From Haliotis cracherodii (taxonomy: Eukaryota): 64,000 bases of DNA. The number at the start of each line of letters is the position of its first letter. Within the stretch, counting starts at the first letter, position 1. The notes beneath the pieces are model-generated. The model was not told where the DNA came from, ran no database searches, and saw only the letters and a list, made by a program, of their open reading frames with translations. Position numbers and translations under genes: made by a program. The stretch is from the NCBI RefSeq assembly GCF_022045235.1, contig NW_027266275.1:41168001-41232000 (forward strand). Reading direction: 5' to 3'. Below, piece after piece: positions 63,793-64,000 of the stretch.

Positions 63793-64000
63793 GTGAGCTG
63801 GCAGGTCTGCTAGGTAGTTGGAAGATGTGACCTTTACTAATCAGGTCTCTATTGTAATCAGAAATGTAGACTGAATCTTTTTAATTGGTGAAGCATATTT
63901 CATTCCAAGAGGAATTAGATGGACTGTGATGTTGTTTAAAGGTGATGAGGCTTCCAGTTTGATACTTTAAGACCCAGTCGGAAGCCAGAGTTTAGGTTCC

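Overview
This is eukaryotic invertebrate DNA, AT-rich and intron-rich. It is probably a mollusc such as a gastropod, inferred only from the SINE families with (ACTC)n tails. Three spliced host genes can be rebuilt with consistent exon phases: a complete inactive rhomboid iRhom/RHBDF (+, 14 coding exons, 9483-29052, ~762 aa), a complete BFAR (RING-SAM-TM; -, 7 coding exons, 47707-40833, ~415 aa), and the first 7 coding exons of PARN (+, from 53160, running off the window). BFAR and PARN are head-to-head, as in human. The first 6.5 kb is transposon debris: a decayed APE-RT LINE, an internally deleted Academ(X)-type DNA transposon and a Tc1 fragment. Introns hold tRNA-derived SINEs, TA- and 8-bp-TSD MITEs, a non-autonomous DIRS1-like element with intact ITR/ICR architecture, Penelope remnants with minimal hammerhead-like motifs, and many minisatellites. 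The most striking structure is a set of minisatellites whose unit is a real exon-intron junction: 17 decoy 3' splice sites before iRhom exon 13, 3 before exon 7, and ~18 decoy 5' splice sites (plus a second donor-bearing array) after BFAR exon 6. Use of these decoys would give an in-frame stop or a frameshift. Most long ORFs in the ORF track are translations of tandem repeats, not genes.
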